From a virus (taxonomy: Duplodnaviria > Caudoviricetes), in the IMG/VR virus record IMGVR_UViG_3300025773_000003, positions 1 to 36,136 of that record: a stretch of DNA of 36,136 nt; one strand, given 5' to 3'. Below the pieces are notes generated by a model that was not told where the DNA came from, did no database searches, and saw only the letters and a list, made by a program, of their open reading frames with translations. Numbering within the stretch: position 1 is the first letter of the stretch; each line of letters opens with the position of its first letter. The position numbers and the translations under genes were made by a program. Of this stretch, positions 14,971-24,278 are shown piece after piece.

Positions 14971-16202
14971 TATAAATGACCCTTTTCAGTCAATTTTTTA
15001 ATGTTATTTTCTTTTTTAAGCATATCTTCTATTTGAGCTTTAGATTTGCCTTTAAATACAAACTCATCAATTTCTTTAGAACTAGCGCCTAAATCTTCCA
15101 TCGCCATTAATTGCAATACATCCGTATCAGCATTTTCACCCCAAGTTTTTTGGAATGAAGCAATATTATTTACGCCAAATTGTTTAGTAAATTTGCTTAC
15201 AGCTTTAGCTTCTAGCTCTGAATTTTTGAGATCGCCCGAAGCACGATAAGCAGTATTTAAAAGTACATCTAAAGGCATATTAAGTTTGCCAACAGAAGCA
15301 GCCGTAAGAGCTTTTCCTGCATCCGTTGATAAACCATCTTTACCATAAGTAGTTACAGTAGAAGCAATAACATTATCTAAATTCTTTTGTAACTGAGCAA
15401 CTCGTGGATCGCCTTTAGCTTTTAAAAATTCTAATCTAGCTTGACCACCAATACCGCCTTGAAATAACTCAGGAATATCTTTTTGTAATGTTTTAATGCT
15501 TGAAATAAGTTCTTGATTATTTCTAACTACTTTTGGCAATCTTCCAGCTACATCACTTGCGTGTGCTTGGTATAAAGAGCCCACATCAGCAGCTTCTTTT
15601 TCGCCTTGAATTGGTATATATGGGGTTTGCGGATTGCGTACTGGATATTGTAATTCCATGCCTGCGGATGTAGGGGCTGCCCCTTGACCGCCCATACCTT
15701 GAGATGCGCCAGCTTGTGGAGAAGTTTCTGTAAGCTGACCTGGCAAAATACCAGCAGGATATTGTTTTTCAATTTGAGCTTGTGCAGTTAAAGCCTTAGC
15801 TTGTGCTTGAGCCAACCATGCTTTTAATTCAATAGGCTTGCCGTTTTGTGGTAAACCAGCCAAATATTGTTTCAAAGATTTTTGATTTCCACCAGCATTA
15901 GCATTAATTTGTGATGCTCTCTCAATAATGTCATCAATCTTCAAATCAGGTTTTAACATCAAATCTGCTGTATTTTGAGCAATATTTGCGTAATGATTTC
16001 TTGTATTTTCTAATTTAGCATTATTTAGACGAACTTGAGCCTCTTCTGATTCAGCTTGACCTTTGGCAATAGCTGGTTCTAATAATGCTTTTTCTTTTTG
16101 ATAAGCAGTTGCGCCTCTAGCAATATTAAGCATATCACCTATGCTTGTGCCTTGTACGGGTTTAATCTCAGAAGCTACTGTAGAAACATTAAAATCAGCC
16201 AT
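14970..16202 (-). CDS. DNA ejection protein (P22 gp20-like position)
   Basis: Ala/Gln-rich helical protein between the other ejection genes. Confidence 0.65.
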   Translation of the reverse strand: MADFNVSTVASEIKPVQGTSIGDMLNIARGATAYQKEKALLEPAIAKGQAESEEAQVRLNNAKLENTRNHYANIAQNTADLMLKPDLKIDDIIERASQINANAGGNQKSLKQYLAGLPQNGKPIELKAWLAQAQAKALTAQAQIEKQYPAGILPGQLTETSPQAGASQGMGGQGAAPTSAGMELQYPVRNPQTPYIPIQGEKEAADVGSLYQAHASDVAGRLPKVVRNNQELISSIKTLQKDIPELFQGGIGGQARLEFLKAKGDPRVAQLQKNLDNVIASTVTTYGKDGLSTDAGKALTAASVGKLNMPLDVLLNTAYRASGDLKNSELEAKAVSKFTKQFGVNNIASFQKTWGENADTDVLQLMAMEDLGASSKEIDEFVFKGKSKAQIEDMLKKENNIKKLTEKGHL

Positions 16203-16211
16203 TTTTATTCC

Positions 16212-16955
16212 TTATGCTAAAGCGAAAGCATCACCTAGAAAATTGCCTCCAGATGCTGCTCCGCTTCCAATAGCCGTAGTATCAATAGCACTAGGCGCAC
16301 CTTTTAATACATTGCTTAAAAAGCCAAGATTGCCAATATTTTGCGCTGCACCAGAATAAGCGTTTGCTGCGCCAACTTGACCTGCTGCTTGAGCGTTTGC
16401 TGCTCCAGTTTGCAAAGATGCAATGCCTTGCGCTGTGCCTGTAGATAGATTGCCTAAACCAGAAACCGCATTTTGACCAATATTTGCAATACCACTTAAC
16501 GTATTAAAAATATTGCCACGTTGCGCTTGATAGTTATTAAAAGCGTTTTGATACGCATTTCCAGCATATCCTTGCGTGTAATTTTGCAATGCAACATTAG
16601 CATTACCGCTATTAATACCACCAGTAGCATTAGATTGCTGATTTGCTGCCTGCTGTCCTTGACCTAATTGAAAAGCATAATTAGGGGCTAACTGAGCATT
16701 TAAGTCTTGATTGCTAAATTGATTAGTCAAATAAGGCAACATTGAAGAAATATTGCTTACACCCTGTTGACCCAAATTGGTATAAGGGGTGTAATATGGG
16801 GTCATATTAGCTAGGTTTTGCTGTAGGGTCTGCTGACCTTGATAAGCTCCCTGAGCTGCTGTTTGACCAGCTTGCGTTGCTCCACCACCCCCAATGAGGC
16901 CACCTACCACATTGCCCACTAATGGGGCTGCTATCATAGCTGCACTACCGCCCAT
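16212..16955 (-). CDS. DNA ejection protein (P22 gp7-like)
   Basis: Gly/Ala/Gln/Asn-rich; PYTNLGQQG, PNYAFQLGQG, ATGGINSGN. Confidence 0.8.
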   Translation of the reverse strand: MGGSAAMIAAPLVGNVVGGLIGGGGATQAGQTAAQGAYQGQQTLQQNLANMTPYYTPYTNLGQQGVSNISSMLPYLTNQFSNQDLNAQLAPNYAFQLGQGQQAANQQSNATGGINSGNANVALQNYTQGYAGNAYQNAFNNYQAQRGNIFNTLSGIANIGQNAVSGLGNLSTGTAQGIASLQTGAANAQAAGQVGAANAYSGAAQNIGNLGFLSNVLKGAPSAIDTTAIGSGAASGGNFLGDAFALA

Positions 16956-16980
16956 AATTTCTCCAATCTAATATGCTAAT

Positions 16981-16998
16981 TGTCGCATTTTTACAACA
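16981..16998. promoter_or_regulatory. TGTTG-N8-CAACA family palindrome (1 mismatch)
   Basis: TGTCG CATTTTTA CAACA upstream of the ejection genes. Confidence 0.55.
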
Positions 16999-17437
16999 GT
17001 TTCGTAAAGACTTTATCCATAAAACTATAGCCCAAATACTCAAAAAGACTGCTATTGTCTGAGTGAACTTTAGTGTTATAGATAATTCTGTTAATTCCTT
17101 GCTCCTTTAGCAGCTTTTCTGCAAATTGGAACATCCTAATTCCTACTCGACCCTTGCGATACTCTTTCTTTAAGAAGTAAATATCCTCAAAAGCCGTCAA
17201 ACAAGTCTTGTAATGAAGGTGGGGCATCACAAAATAAATGATATAGCCTATTAATTTGCCATCTTCTTTACAGGTTACAAACTTCAATCTTCCTACATCC
17301 AATATCTGTTTATACGCATCCCAATCAGGATCAAGAGGGTAAGTCTTTGTTACCGATAATTCTTCGTAATGATCCTTAATTATTTCCTTTAATGCGTCTA
17401 AATTTTCTAGCCAATCGTCATCTTTATATTCGATCAT
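16991..17437 (-). CDS. GNAT-family acetyltransferase
   Basis: DGKLIGY, EDIYFLKKEYRKGRVG, LFEYLGY motifs; P22 gp14-like position. Confidence 0.85.
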   Translation of the reverse strand: MIEYKDDDWLENLDALKEIIKDHYEELSVTKTYPLDPDWDAYKQILDVGRLKFVTCKEDGKLIGYIIYFVMPHLHYKTCLTAFEDIYFLKKEYRKGRVGIRMFQFAEKLLKEQGINRIIYNTKVHSDNSSLFEYLGYSFMDKVFTKLL

Positions 17438-17670
17438 GTATTGTAATAAGGCACTTTATATTGTTTTCCCCCAACAGTTACATTCATAAATCCTGCTGGA
17501 TTTGATGGTAATGTAGCTGTCCCCTTTGTTGCTGTTGCTGAACTAGAAAAGTTTAATAAGTTCAGAAACCATTGTTGCCACGCCCGTGTGGGCATTTTGG
17601 TATTGTCATCGATTAAAGGAGTAACTGGGTATTGATTGCCCTGACTTTGCCCAAACAGAATATTAGCCAT
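17434..17670 (-). CDS. Short tail needle/plug-like protein (P22 gp26 position)
   Basis: Directly after the tail hub; PTRAWQQWF N-terminal segment. Confidence 0.55.
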   Translation of the reverse strand: MANILFGQSQGNQYPVTPLIDDNTKMPTRAWQQWFLNLLNFSSSATATKGTATLPSNPAGFMNVTVGGKQYKVPYYNT

Positions 17671-19796
17671 TAATTATCCCCTTCGCTGGCTTTCAAGTTA
17701 GCTGAAATAATGCAAGCAAAGACTGGGTCAGTCACAACGACTTCAAATATGCGATCCCTTGCCATGCCTAATCTGCGCCAAATAATACGATTTTTGTATT
17801 TACCGACTTGACCAATATTTGACCAATATTCATTACTCCAAGTAGAACCGCCATCGTTTGACCATCTGAGCATAGCTTGTGGGTTTGCACCGACTGTTTC
17901 TGCGTTCAAAGGTGGATTTGTAATGCCTTCTAAACCAACGCCGGGCTGGAATTGAATCTGAAACTCGTCAAAATATTGACGTTGCAAATCTGTGACAAGG
18001 TGTGGGCATCTACGCAATCTGCGGATTTCATTGCCATTATCGGTGTAGTTATTAGGATCTAACTTATAGATTTGACCATTTTGCCAATCCCCTACGAGAA
18101 CAACACCTTGAAACAAAGCAGCGCAATTAGAGCGATGGCGGTGGTAGTTATTCTGATTATCTACCCATAACCACTTGTGCCATAGACCTGTAGAGATGTC
18201 ATAAACCCAAGTTAAATCTAGGCTTGGGAAAGTAATGACATAGCACTCATGCCCTTCTAACTGATAGGTATAGGCAATCGCATCGCTGACAGATTGATTG
18301 ACTAGCGTGTTTTCTACTGCGTGGGTCGAAATGCGCTTAGGAAAGTAACCTTCCATCACTACGATTTCTGATTGACCACGATTGTTTCTAGCTAAATAAG
18401 CAAAAGAATTGCCTAAACGAGCTACAGAGAACTTAGCAGCAATACCATGTTGGCTAGATGAACCAGGGATTCTTGAGAAAGCGAATGGGAATGTGCCTGC
18501 ATCTGCCCAGACTTCAGAAGTCGTTTCGCCTAATAAATAGACTTGCCCGTGATCGGCAATAATAGAAACAAGATTGTCAGGGCCTGTGAACTTAGAAGCA
18601 TAAGACAAGCCATAAGTAATTGGGCTTAATAGATTAGAAGCAGCCCATTGCTGTGTGCTAGGGCGATTGTAAATAAAGTAGTTATCTACAATATCAACTA
18701 CATCAGCACCACTAAATGCACCATCAGAGCTTGGCAATACGCTAAAGTTCAGCAAATACATAGTTTCAGAGCCAACAGTTTGACTGGTGCTAATTACATA
18801 AGTACCAGTACCGCCTGTGCCCGATCCAAAAGTCAATGTTAGGGTTAACCCTGTGCCCGATCCGCTTGTGGATGTAGATACGTTATTTGATGGGGTAGAA
18901 GTATATTGACCCGAATAAGTTAATGACAATCCTGTGACTGCTCCTGAGCTTACCGAGGTAACAGTAAAGGTAGCTGGACTATTGCCATATACACCTCCTA
19001 AAACTGTCACAGTATCGTTTACAGCGTAACCTGAACCCGCAGTAGCAATAGAAGCAGACAATACTGTTCCGCTTCCCAAAGCCGTAATAATCGTGTTTGC
19101 AGTCACTCCAGTACCTGTAATGGTTTGACCTGGGTAAATTGTTCCGCTTGTTACTGCGCTTACTGTCAAAGTCGTGCCAGATGTGCTGGCTGTAATGACT
19201 CCTGCGACTGATGCAGAGTTCATCTGAATAGCAGTAGAAATTGTATTAGATTGATTTAAAGTCCAAGTTGAGCCTGATCCGCTAACAATAACTGTTTCAC
19301 CTGTAATTCCGACACCAAACAAAGACTGACCCGCAGCGATTGTGCCTGAAATAAAACGAGTAACAGTCAAAGTTGTTCCTGAAATTGTGCCTTGAAATAC
19401 AGCAGAAGATGGCTGAGAAATACGCCATGTGTAACGATAAGAGCCGTCAACGATATAGACGTTTAAGCCGTTATCTGTAATGCCGACTTGACCGCTTGAA
19501 CTATTTAGCTGTCCTACGATTGTCGCTGTGTATGTCGAATCCATGACATAGACATAAGGGCCACAGACTGCAACCATGTAATTACCACCGCTAACTGTTC
19601 TCATGCCACGAACAACTTGAGCGTTTTGTAAGGTAACTACGTTTGTAAGACCAGGTGTAGGATATAAAGCGACTACCCCTCTTGCCCCTTGACCTTTTGT
19701 AGGATCGACTTCAGGGCGAAAATTGATACACTCTTGGGCATCTTGGTAAATAGAAGGTGCTGTGTAGGCTGCTCCTACGAAGCCAAAGTCAGCCAT
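17670..19796 (-). CDS. Tail hub / packaged-DNA stabilisation protein (P22 gp10-like) with ~215-aa insertion
   Basis: LYPTPGL, YQLEGHECYVITFP, LRWSNDGGSTWS, WRRLGMARDRIFEV motifs. Confidence 0.88.
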   Translation of the reverse strand: MADFGFVGAAYTAPSIYQDAQECINFRPEVDPTKGQGARGVVALYPTPGLTNVVTLQNAQVVRGMRTVSGGNYMVAVCGPYVYVMDSTYTATIVGQLNSSSGQVGITDNGLNVYIVDGSYRYTWRISQPSSAVFQGTISGTTLTVTRFISGTIAAGQSLFGVGITGETVIVSGSGSTWTLNQSNTISTAIQMNSASVAGVITASTSGTTLTVSAVTSGTIYPGQTITGTGVTANTIITALGSGTVLSASIATAGSGYAVNDTVTVLGGVYGNSPATFTVTSVSSGAVTGLSLTYSGQYTSTPSNNVSTSTSGSGTGLTLTLTFGSGTGGTGTYVISTSQTVGSETMYLLNFSVLPSSDGAFSGADVVDIVDNYFIYNRPSTQQWAASNLLSPITYGLSYASKFTGPDNLVSIIADHGQVYLLGETTSEVWADAGTFPFAFSRIPGSSSQHGIAAKFSVARLGNSFAYLARNNRGQSEIVVMEGYFPKRISTHAVENTLVNQSVSDAIAYTYQLEGHECYVITFPSLDLTWVYDISTGLWHKWLWVDNQNNYHRHRSNCAALFQGVVLVGDWQNGQIYKLDPNNYTDNGNEIRRLRRCPHLVTDLQRQYFDEFQIQFQPGVGLEGITNPPLNAETVGANPQAMLRWSNDGGSTWSNEYWSNIGQVGKYKNRIIWRRLGMARDRIFEVVVTDPVFACIISANLKASEGDN

Positions 19797-20767
19797 TATC
19801 TAAAGAACCCGCCCGACAAAATCCATCCTGCATCACGCTGGCGAGAAGCCAACATCGCATCGGCAAAACGAGCAGATTGAACTGGCTTCATATTGATCCG
19901 TTTAACTGTAGCTTTAGCTTGTGCAGCGTAGGCATTAATCATCTGTATTTGCGTTGGATTAGCTTTGCCATACATAGGCATCAAACGCTCTGCTAAACAC
20001 CATCTGAGAGCCATTGTGTAGCCCTGTGGCAGGATTACAGTATCGTTAAGATTGGTATAGTTTTGAAATAAATTGTCTGTAAATATGTGCATTTCGCCCT
20101 GTGAAGGGTTAGGCCATACATAAATATTTCCAAGTGTTTCGCTAGGCTGATAATAAAGAGCTTTGGGCCACGGGCCATTCAAAGTTTTTAAACCAATCAT
20201 TTCGTATTCTTCTACCGCTAAAACAGCGATTGGGTAATCCAAACCACCATTGACGATAGGTACGCCATTAGAATTGGTATTAATCCGCACAAAAGCAGAA
20301 TCTATTGATAATGGTCTTTGATAGTAAAGATTAATCGTTTCAGACGATACTGTTTGACTGATATTTAAACGATATGTACCAGCTTCATTGACGTTATTTC
20401 CTGCGCCTGTAAGCATAGCTACAATTTTTGTTCCCGCAGTAATTCCTGTACCGCTAAGTGTTTGCCCTACGTTGATAGCCCCTGAGCTAATGCCTGTAAC
20501 TGTTAAAGTAGTGCCTGAAATTGAACCTGTAATGATTGCGCCAATTTGACCACCTGGGCCGATTGTGTATTGAGTTTGACCTGGAACGATAGGAAAGACG
20601 ATCTCATTCTTGTAATAGACCATCATTTCTTCGTTGCTCCATTGATCGCACAGATCGTTCAACATATCGAACGCATCCTGCGCAGCATCAGCCGTTGGGG
20701 TCTCACCAGCTTCCAGCGCTCCAATATCTTTCAGAGCACGAGAAATAATGTCATACGGAGTCGTCAT
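19796..20767 (-). CDS. Head-to-tail adaptor (P22 gp4-like) with inserted beta module
   Basis: [11 protein letters not shown]...GETP...LNDL N-terminus; [22 protein letters not shown]; upstream of the hub gene. Confidence 0.75.
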   Translation of the reverse strand: MTTPYDIISRALKDIGALEAGETPTADAAQDAFDMLNDLCDQWSNEEMMVYYKNEIVFPIVPGQTQYTIGPGGQIGAIITGSISGTTLTVTGISSGAINVGQTLSGTGITAGTKIVAMLTGAGNNVNEAGTYRLNISQTVSSETINLYYQRPLSIDSAFVRINTNSNGVPIVNGGLDYPIAVLAVEEYEMIGLKTLNGPWPKALYYQPSETLGNIYVWPNPSQGEMHIFTDNLFQNYTNLNDTVILPQGYTMALRWCLAERLMPMYGKANPTQIQMINAYAAQAKATVKRINMKPVQSARFADAMLASRQRDAGWILSGGFFR

Positions 20768-21261
20768 TACATATTCCTTGCATATTTACCATGATATTTA
20801 TCACGGGCTTCGATTGCGACTAATTCGGCAAGCTCTAAATCATCATAAGTTCCAAAATATTTGATTTTTTTGTTTACTTGTAATTGAACATACCATTTTT
20901 TTGCAGCTTTGTGCCAACAAACACCTTTAATTCCGCTTGAATTATTTAAAGGTATTTTTCTATTTTGCGCATTTTCAGACTTAGTTACTTCTCGCAAATT
21001 TTCAATTTTATTATTTGATCTATTGCCATCAATATGATCAATTTCATAAGGCAAATAACCATTTTTCATTAAAAATATAAGCCTATGAGCCATATAAAGA
21101 CGATTATTTATTTTAATTCTGATATAACCATCTTCACGTTTATTGCCAGCTTCTTTACCTAAAAGATCTGTGCGTGTTCCTTTTGCCATTTTCCATAGCA
21201 ATTTTCCATCCTTGTATTCAAAGGAATCTAATGAAAGGTCACGCAAAAGCTGAATATTCAT
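20767..21261 (-). CDS. Free-standing HNH homing endonuclease with AP2-like C-terminal domain
   Basis: [31 protein letters not shown]...YFGTY; AT-rich compared with neighbours. Confidence 0.92.
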   Translation of the reverse strand: MNIQLLRDLSLDSFEYKDGKLLWKMAKGTRTDLLGKEAGNKREDGYIRIKINNRLYMAHRLIFLMKNGYLPYEIDHIDGNRSNNKIENLREVTKSENAQNRKIPLNNSSGIKGVCWHKAAKKWYVQLQVNKKIKYFGTYDDLELAELVAIEARDKYHGKYARNM

Positions 21262-21264
21262 GGC

Positions 21265-21579
21265 TTAAATCTCAGGTTTGAATACTTGTGGCATCCAGGG
21301 TGCTGGTACAGGTTTATGTGATTTTAACGCTTTTATCTGATTTTCGACACCCTTTTTAATATGGTTGTCACCATCTTTGACAGCGTCAGCTTCAATCCAG
21401 CCTACAATCATTTCTTCAGTAACTTCTAAAAATGGCACTTTTGCAGTAGGGCAATCAAAAAACCAGTTACCTTCAGTTTCTACTGATAAATCATCTTCTG
21501 TGCCGACTAGATGGTATCTTGCCCCTGTAATCACTTCATCTTGAGCAAAGACTTCTAAAATTTTCCATTGATAGTTCAT
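21265..21579 (-). CDS. Acidic hypothetical protein in the tail module
   Basis: VPFLEVTEEMIVGWI segment; co-oriented and tightly spaced. Confidence 0.65.
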   Translation of the reverse strand: MNYQWKILEVFAQDEVITGARYHLVGTEDDLSVETEGNWFFDCPTAKVPFLEVTEEMIVGWIEADAVKDGDNHIKKGVENQIKALKSHKPVPAPWMPQVFKPEI

Positions 21580-21581
21580 AT

Positions 21582-21830
21582 TTATCCTATTAATGCTGTT
21601 ACTTCAGCTTGTGTTAGTCCTAATGCTGTTAATTTAGCTAGTGCAGAAGCCTTAGCAGCTATGGCATCTTGTTCGGCTTTTGTTTCGGCAGCTTGTAATT
21701 CGGCTAATTTAGCTTTTGCAGCATCTTTATCGTAGGCTACTTCTTGTTCATTAGCGTCATAAGCTACATCGCCACGGATAACAGTTACAGTAGGATTTAA
21801 TGCGTAAATTGCATCATGTAAATTAATCAT
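21582..21830 (-). CDS. Putative fibre assembly chaperone
   Basis: ATGA-coupled to fibre module; C-terminal ALAKLTALGLTQAEV. Confidence 0.6.
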   Translation of the reverse strand: MINLHDAIYALNPTVTVIRGDVAYDANEQEVAYDKDAAKAKLAELQAAETKAEQDAIAAKASALAKLTALGLTQAEVTALIG

Positions 21831-22327
21831 TGTGCAATCTCCATTAAAGTAATTGTTGATACTGGTTGTGTTGTAAATGCGTTGTAATTAATATGAACAT
21901 TAGATAAATTTCCAGTTGAAGCAAAATAAAGCGTATAAGTTGTTGCTGAAGTTGTTGCTGGAGAATCTAAATATTCAATTGAATTTCCACCAGTAGCAAT
22001 ATATTGGGGAGTCCCTCCATTTATAAATCCTGCGCTTCCCTCAAATGTTAATATAGCTGTTGAATTTCTAACAATTTGTAAACCTAAAGCTGTATTAGTG
22101 TTGTATTTCATAACACCATTCGCACTAATAAAAATAAGTATTTTACTTGTAGAAAATAATGGTGTAATAGAGGCCGTTAGCCCAGTAGATGAAAATGTTG
22201 AAGAAGCTGTGCTTGCATCTGTTGAATAAGTAGCATTAACCACTTGCAACACTTTACTAGGTGCAGCTTGTGGATTAGTGCCATTAGGGAATGTAGCCCC
22301 TGCTGTTCCATCAATTATAAATGTCAT
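21827..22327 (-). CDS. Short tail-fibre / receptor-binding module
   Basis: KVLQVV...GLTASITP..SKILI...YLDSPATTSATTY...STITLMEIA. Confidence 0.75.
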   Translation of the reverse strand: MTFIIDGTAGATFPNGTNPQAAPSKVLQVVNATYSTDASTASSTFSSTGLTASITPLFSTSKILIFISANGVMKYNTNTALGLQIVRNSTAILTFEGSAGFINGGTPQYIATGGNSIEYLDSPATTSATTYTLYFASTGNLSNVHINYNAFTTQPVSTITLMEIAQ

Positions 22328-22482
22328 GATGCTGCCTCAGGAGTGTTACCAGCTTCTACCCATTTTAGGTATTCTTGGTAGTCTGTATTGGCTGGGTCGA
22401 ATGGAATAGAAGCGTTGTCAGAAATACGCTGAATCATGCGTTTATTTATAGAACCATCGGTGTCCAATAATTGTTTATACAT
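22324..22482 (-). CDS. 52-aa fibre chaperone-like protein, not in ORF track
   Basis: Translated by hand: ...SIPFDPANTDYQEYLKWVEAGNTPEAAS; ATGA overlap. Confidence 0.8.
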   Translation of the reverse strand: MYKQLLDTDGSINKRMIQRISDNASIPFDPANTDYQEYLKWVEAGNTPEAAS

Positions 22483-22483
22483 T

Positions 22484-23590
22484 TTATAATTCCGAAGAAA
22501 GTATTACAGTTCCAGTAGAACCTGAATCTGTTGTAAATGCTTGTGCCGCACTAAAAGAACTGCCTGAACCACTTGTAAAATATATTCTTGCACTATTTAC
22601 TGAAGAAGCATTTACACTAACATTGCCTGCTGTAAAAGATTGAGCAACACTAAAATTATCACCACCAAAAGCACCTGAAAAAGTTCCTGTTGGGGCTGCT
22701 CGCATTTGAACTGAAAGCGGAATGGTTGCAAGTGCTGAATTTGGACCATTACATCCACCAATATAATAAGAATTGGTCATATTAGGCACAAAGCAGTATC
22801 TCTGACACAAAGCCAATTCTTGCTGATACTGACGATACTCAAATCCAGTAGCACTACTTCCTACTTCTAGTTGAACACCAGTAATGTAAAAAGTTGCTCC
22901 GTTTGTTCCTACTACGGATGTTGCGCCTGTGGGTGCAAAGTATGTTCCAGTTGCCCATGCTCCAGCAGTCCCGCTATAAGTAGAGCCAGTTCCAAGACCA
23001 TACCAAACGCTTAAACCTTTTCCGTTTGTTGCCCCTACCCAAGTTCCTGATGTATCGCCAGCAATCGTTACTGAAATGGTTGTCCATGTGTTTGCCACAG
23101 GAATTGAATAACTAAATGGATAACTTCTATTTTGTGCGCCATTTTGTAATGCGCCTCCAAAAGTTCCAGTCAGGCTTGAATACACTTGAAACGACAAAGT
23201 TATAGTTTTAGCATTTGCCGTTCCAAATTGTAGGTCAGATGTATTAAAACCTTCAATCGTGTACTTTAAAAGAAAGTAATCGCCAGCACCTAATGATGTT
23301 GCCGCTAAAGATGTTACTCCTAGATAATTACTAAACCCTATTGGTGGCGTAACTGAACCAGCATTTTGCTGTACGCTAAATTTAGATGCTTGTGAAAGAC
23401 CTGTAGACCATCTATCAAGTGTATAAGTATTGTCTACTGTTGGTGTAACACTACTACCATTATTTCTTTGGTCAATAACCATCGCACCATTAATAATGCG
23501 GTTCTTCATAATAGAAGCATTACCAGCCCCTAGATTAGAGCCAACTACACTTGTGCCTATTTGGTCAGCGTTAATTGTGCCGTAAGCCAT
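22484..23590 (-). CDS. Tail-fibre module with carbohydrate-binding-like domain
   Basis: KNRIINGAMVIDQR...YTLDRW...ITGVQLEVGSSATGFEYR...ELALCQRY. Confidence 0.8.
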   Translation of the reverse strand: MAYGTINADQIGTSVVGSNLGAGNASIMKNRIINGAMVIDQRNNGSSVTPTVDNTYTLDRWSTGLSQASKFSVQQNAGSVTPPIGFSNYLGVTSLAATSLGAGDYFLLKYTIEGFNTSDLQFGTANAKTITLSFQVYSSLTGTFGGALQNGAQNRSYPFSYSIPVANTWTTISVTIAGDTSGTWVGATNGKGLSVWYGLGTGSTYSGTAGAWATGTYFAPTGATSVVGTNGATFYITGVQLEVGSSATGFEYRQYQQELALCQRYCFVPNMTNSYYIGGCNGPNSALATIPLSVQMRAAPTGTFSGAFGGDNFSVAQSFTAGNVSVNASSVNSARIYFTSGSGSSFSAAQAFTTDSGSTGTVILSSEL

Positions 23591-23751
23591 TATGTTAATT
23601 GCTCCGCAGTAGGTTTAGCCAAAGTTGGGTGTTCCCATTTAGCAATGTAATCGCCTTTGCCGTCTGAATCGTTTTGCAAAATAATAACAGTCATAAAGTC
23701 TTTATCTTCAAGACTTGGGTAAATTGCTTTGATTTTGTCGTATAAAGTCAT
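23590..23751 (-). CDS. 53-aa XkdW-like fibre chaperone, not in ORF track
   Basis: Translated by hand: MTLYDKIKAIYP...LQNDSDGKGDYIAKWEHPTLAKPTAEQLT; TAATG overlaps at both ends. Confidence 0.8.
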   Translation of the reverse strand: MTLYDKIKAIYPSLEDKDFMTVIILQNDSDGKGDYIAKWEHPTLAKPTAEQLT

Positions 23752-24278
23752 TAGGATGTCCTTACCAAAACACCTTGAAAATATGTAGCAGTTGAAGAAT
23801 TTGTTAATGTTACAGATGTTGTTCCAACGGAAGCATAAATTTCTACATAATCAGTTGAGCCATTGCAATAAACTAATGCAGAACCAAACCCACCATTCAT
23901 GGTTGTGTTGTAGCTATTAAAAATGTTTTTAAATGTGCTTCCATTTTTATAAATATTAACTGCTAACCAAGTTGCAGAATTGATATTTACTCCAGCACTA
24001 ATTTGATAGTAACCAGCAATAGTAGGTGTAAATCTGCTAGAAGCAAACATACCACTAGAAACATCAAAATCATTAGAAGTAAAAGTAATTTTTGTAAATG
24101 TTGCCGATGATGCAATAGTTTGTTGAACACTTTGATAATAGCTAAACGCTGGCATATTACCGCTAACCATTACTGTGCCAGTAGCAGCAGGAAGGGTCGC
24201 AGTATTCGTACCAGCTACGGCTGGAACTGTAACTGTAACTGTACCGCTTGTATCGCCTGAAAGAACCATTGAACTCAT
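23751..24278 (-). CDS. Tail-fibre module with C1q/TNF-like domain
   Basis: PAFS...KITF...RFTPTIAGYYQI...IYKNG...DYVEIY...YFQGVLV; start 24278 from ATGA overlap. Confidence 0.75.
   Translation of the reverse strand: MSSMVLSGDTSGTVTVTVPAVAGTNTATLPAATGTVMVSGNMPAFSYYQSVQQTIASSATFTKITFTSNDFDVSSGMFASSRFTPTIAGYYQISAGVNINSATWLAVNIYKNGSTFKNIFNSYNTTMNGGFGSALVYCNGSTDYVEIYASVGTTSVTLTNSSTATYFQGVLVRTS

Noticed and set aside
18814-18863. 14-nt direct repeat CCTGTGCCCGATCC
   Set aside because: Explained by repeated GSGTG codons in the hub insertion
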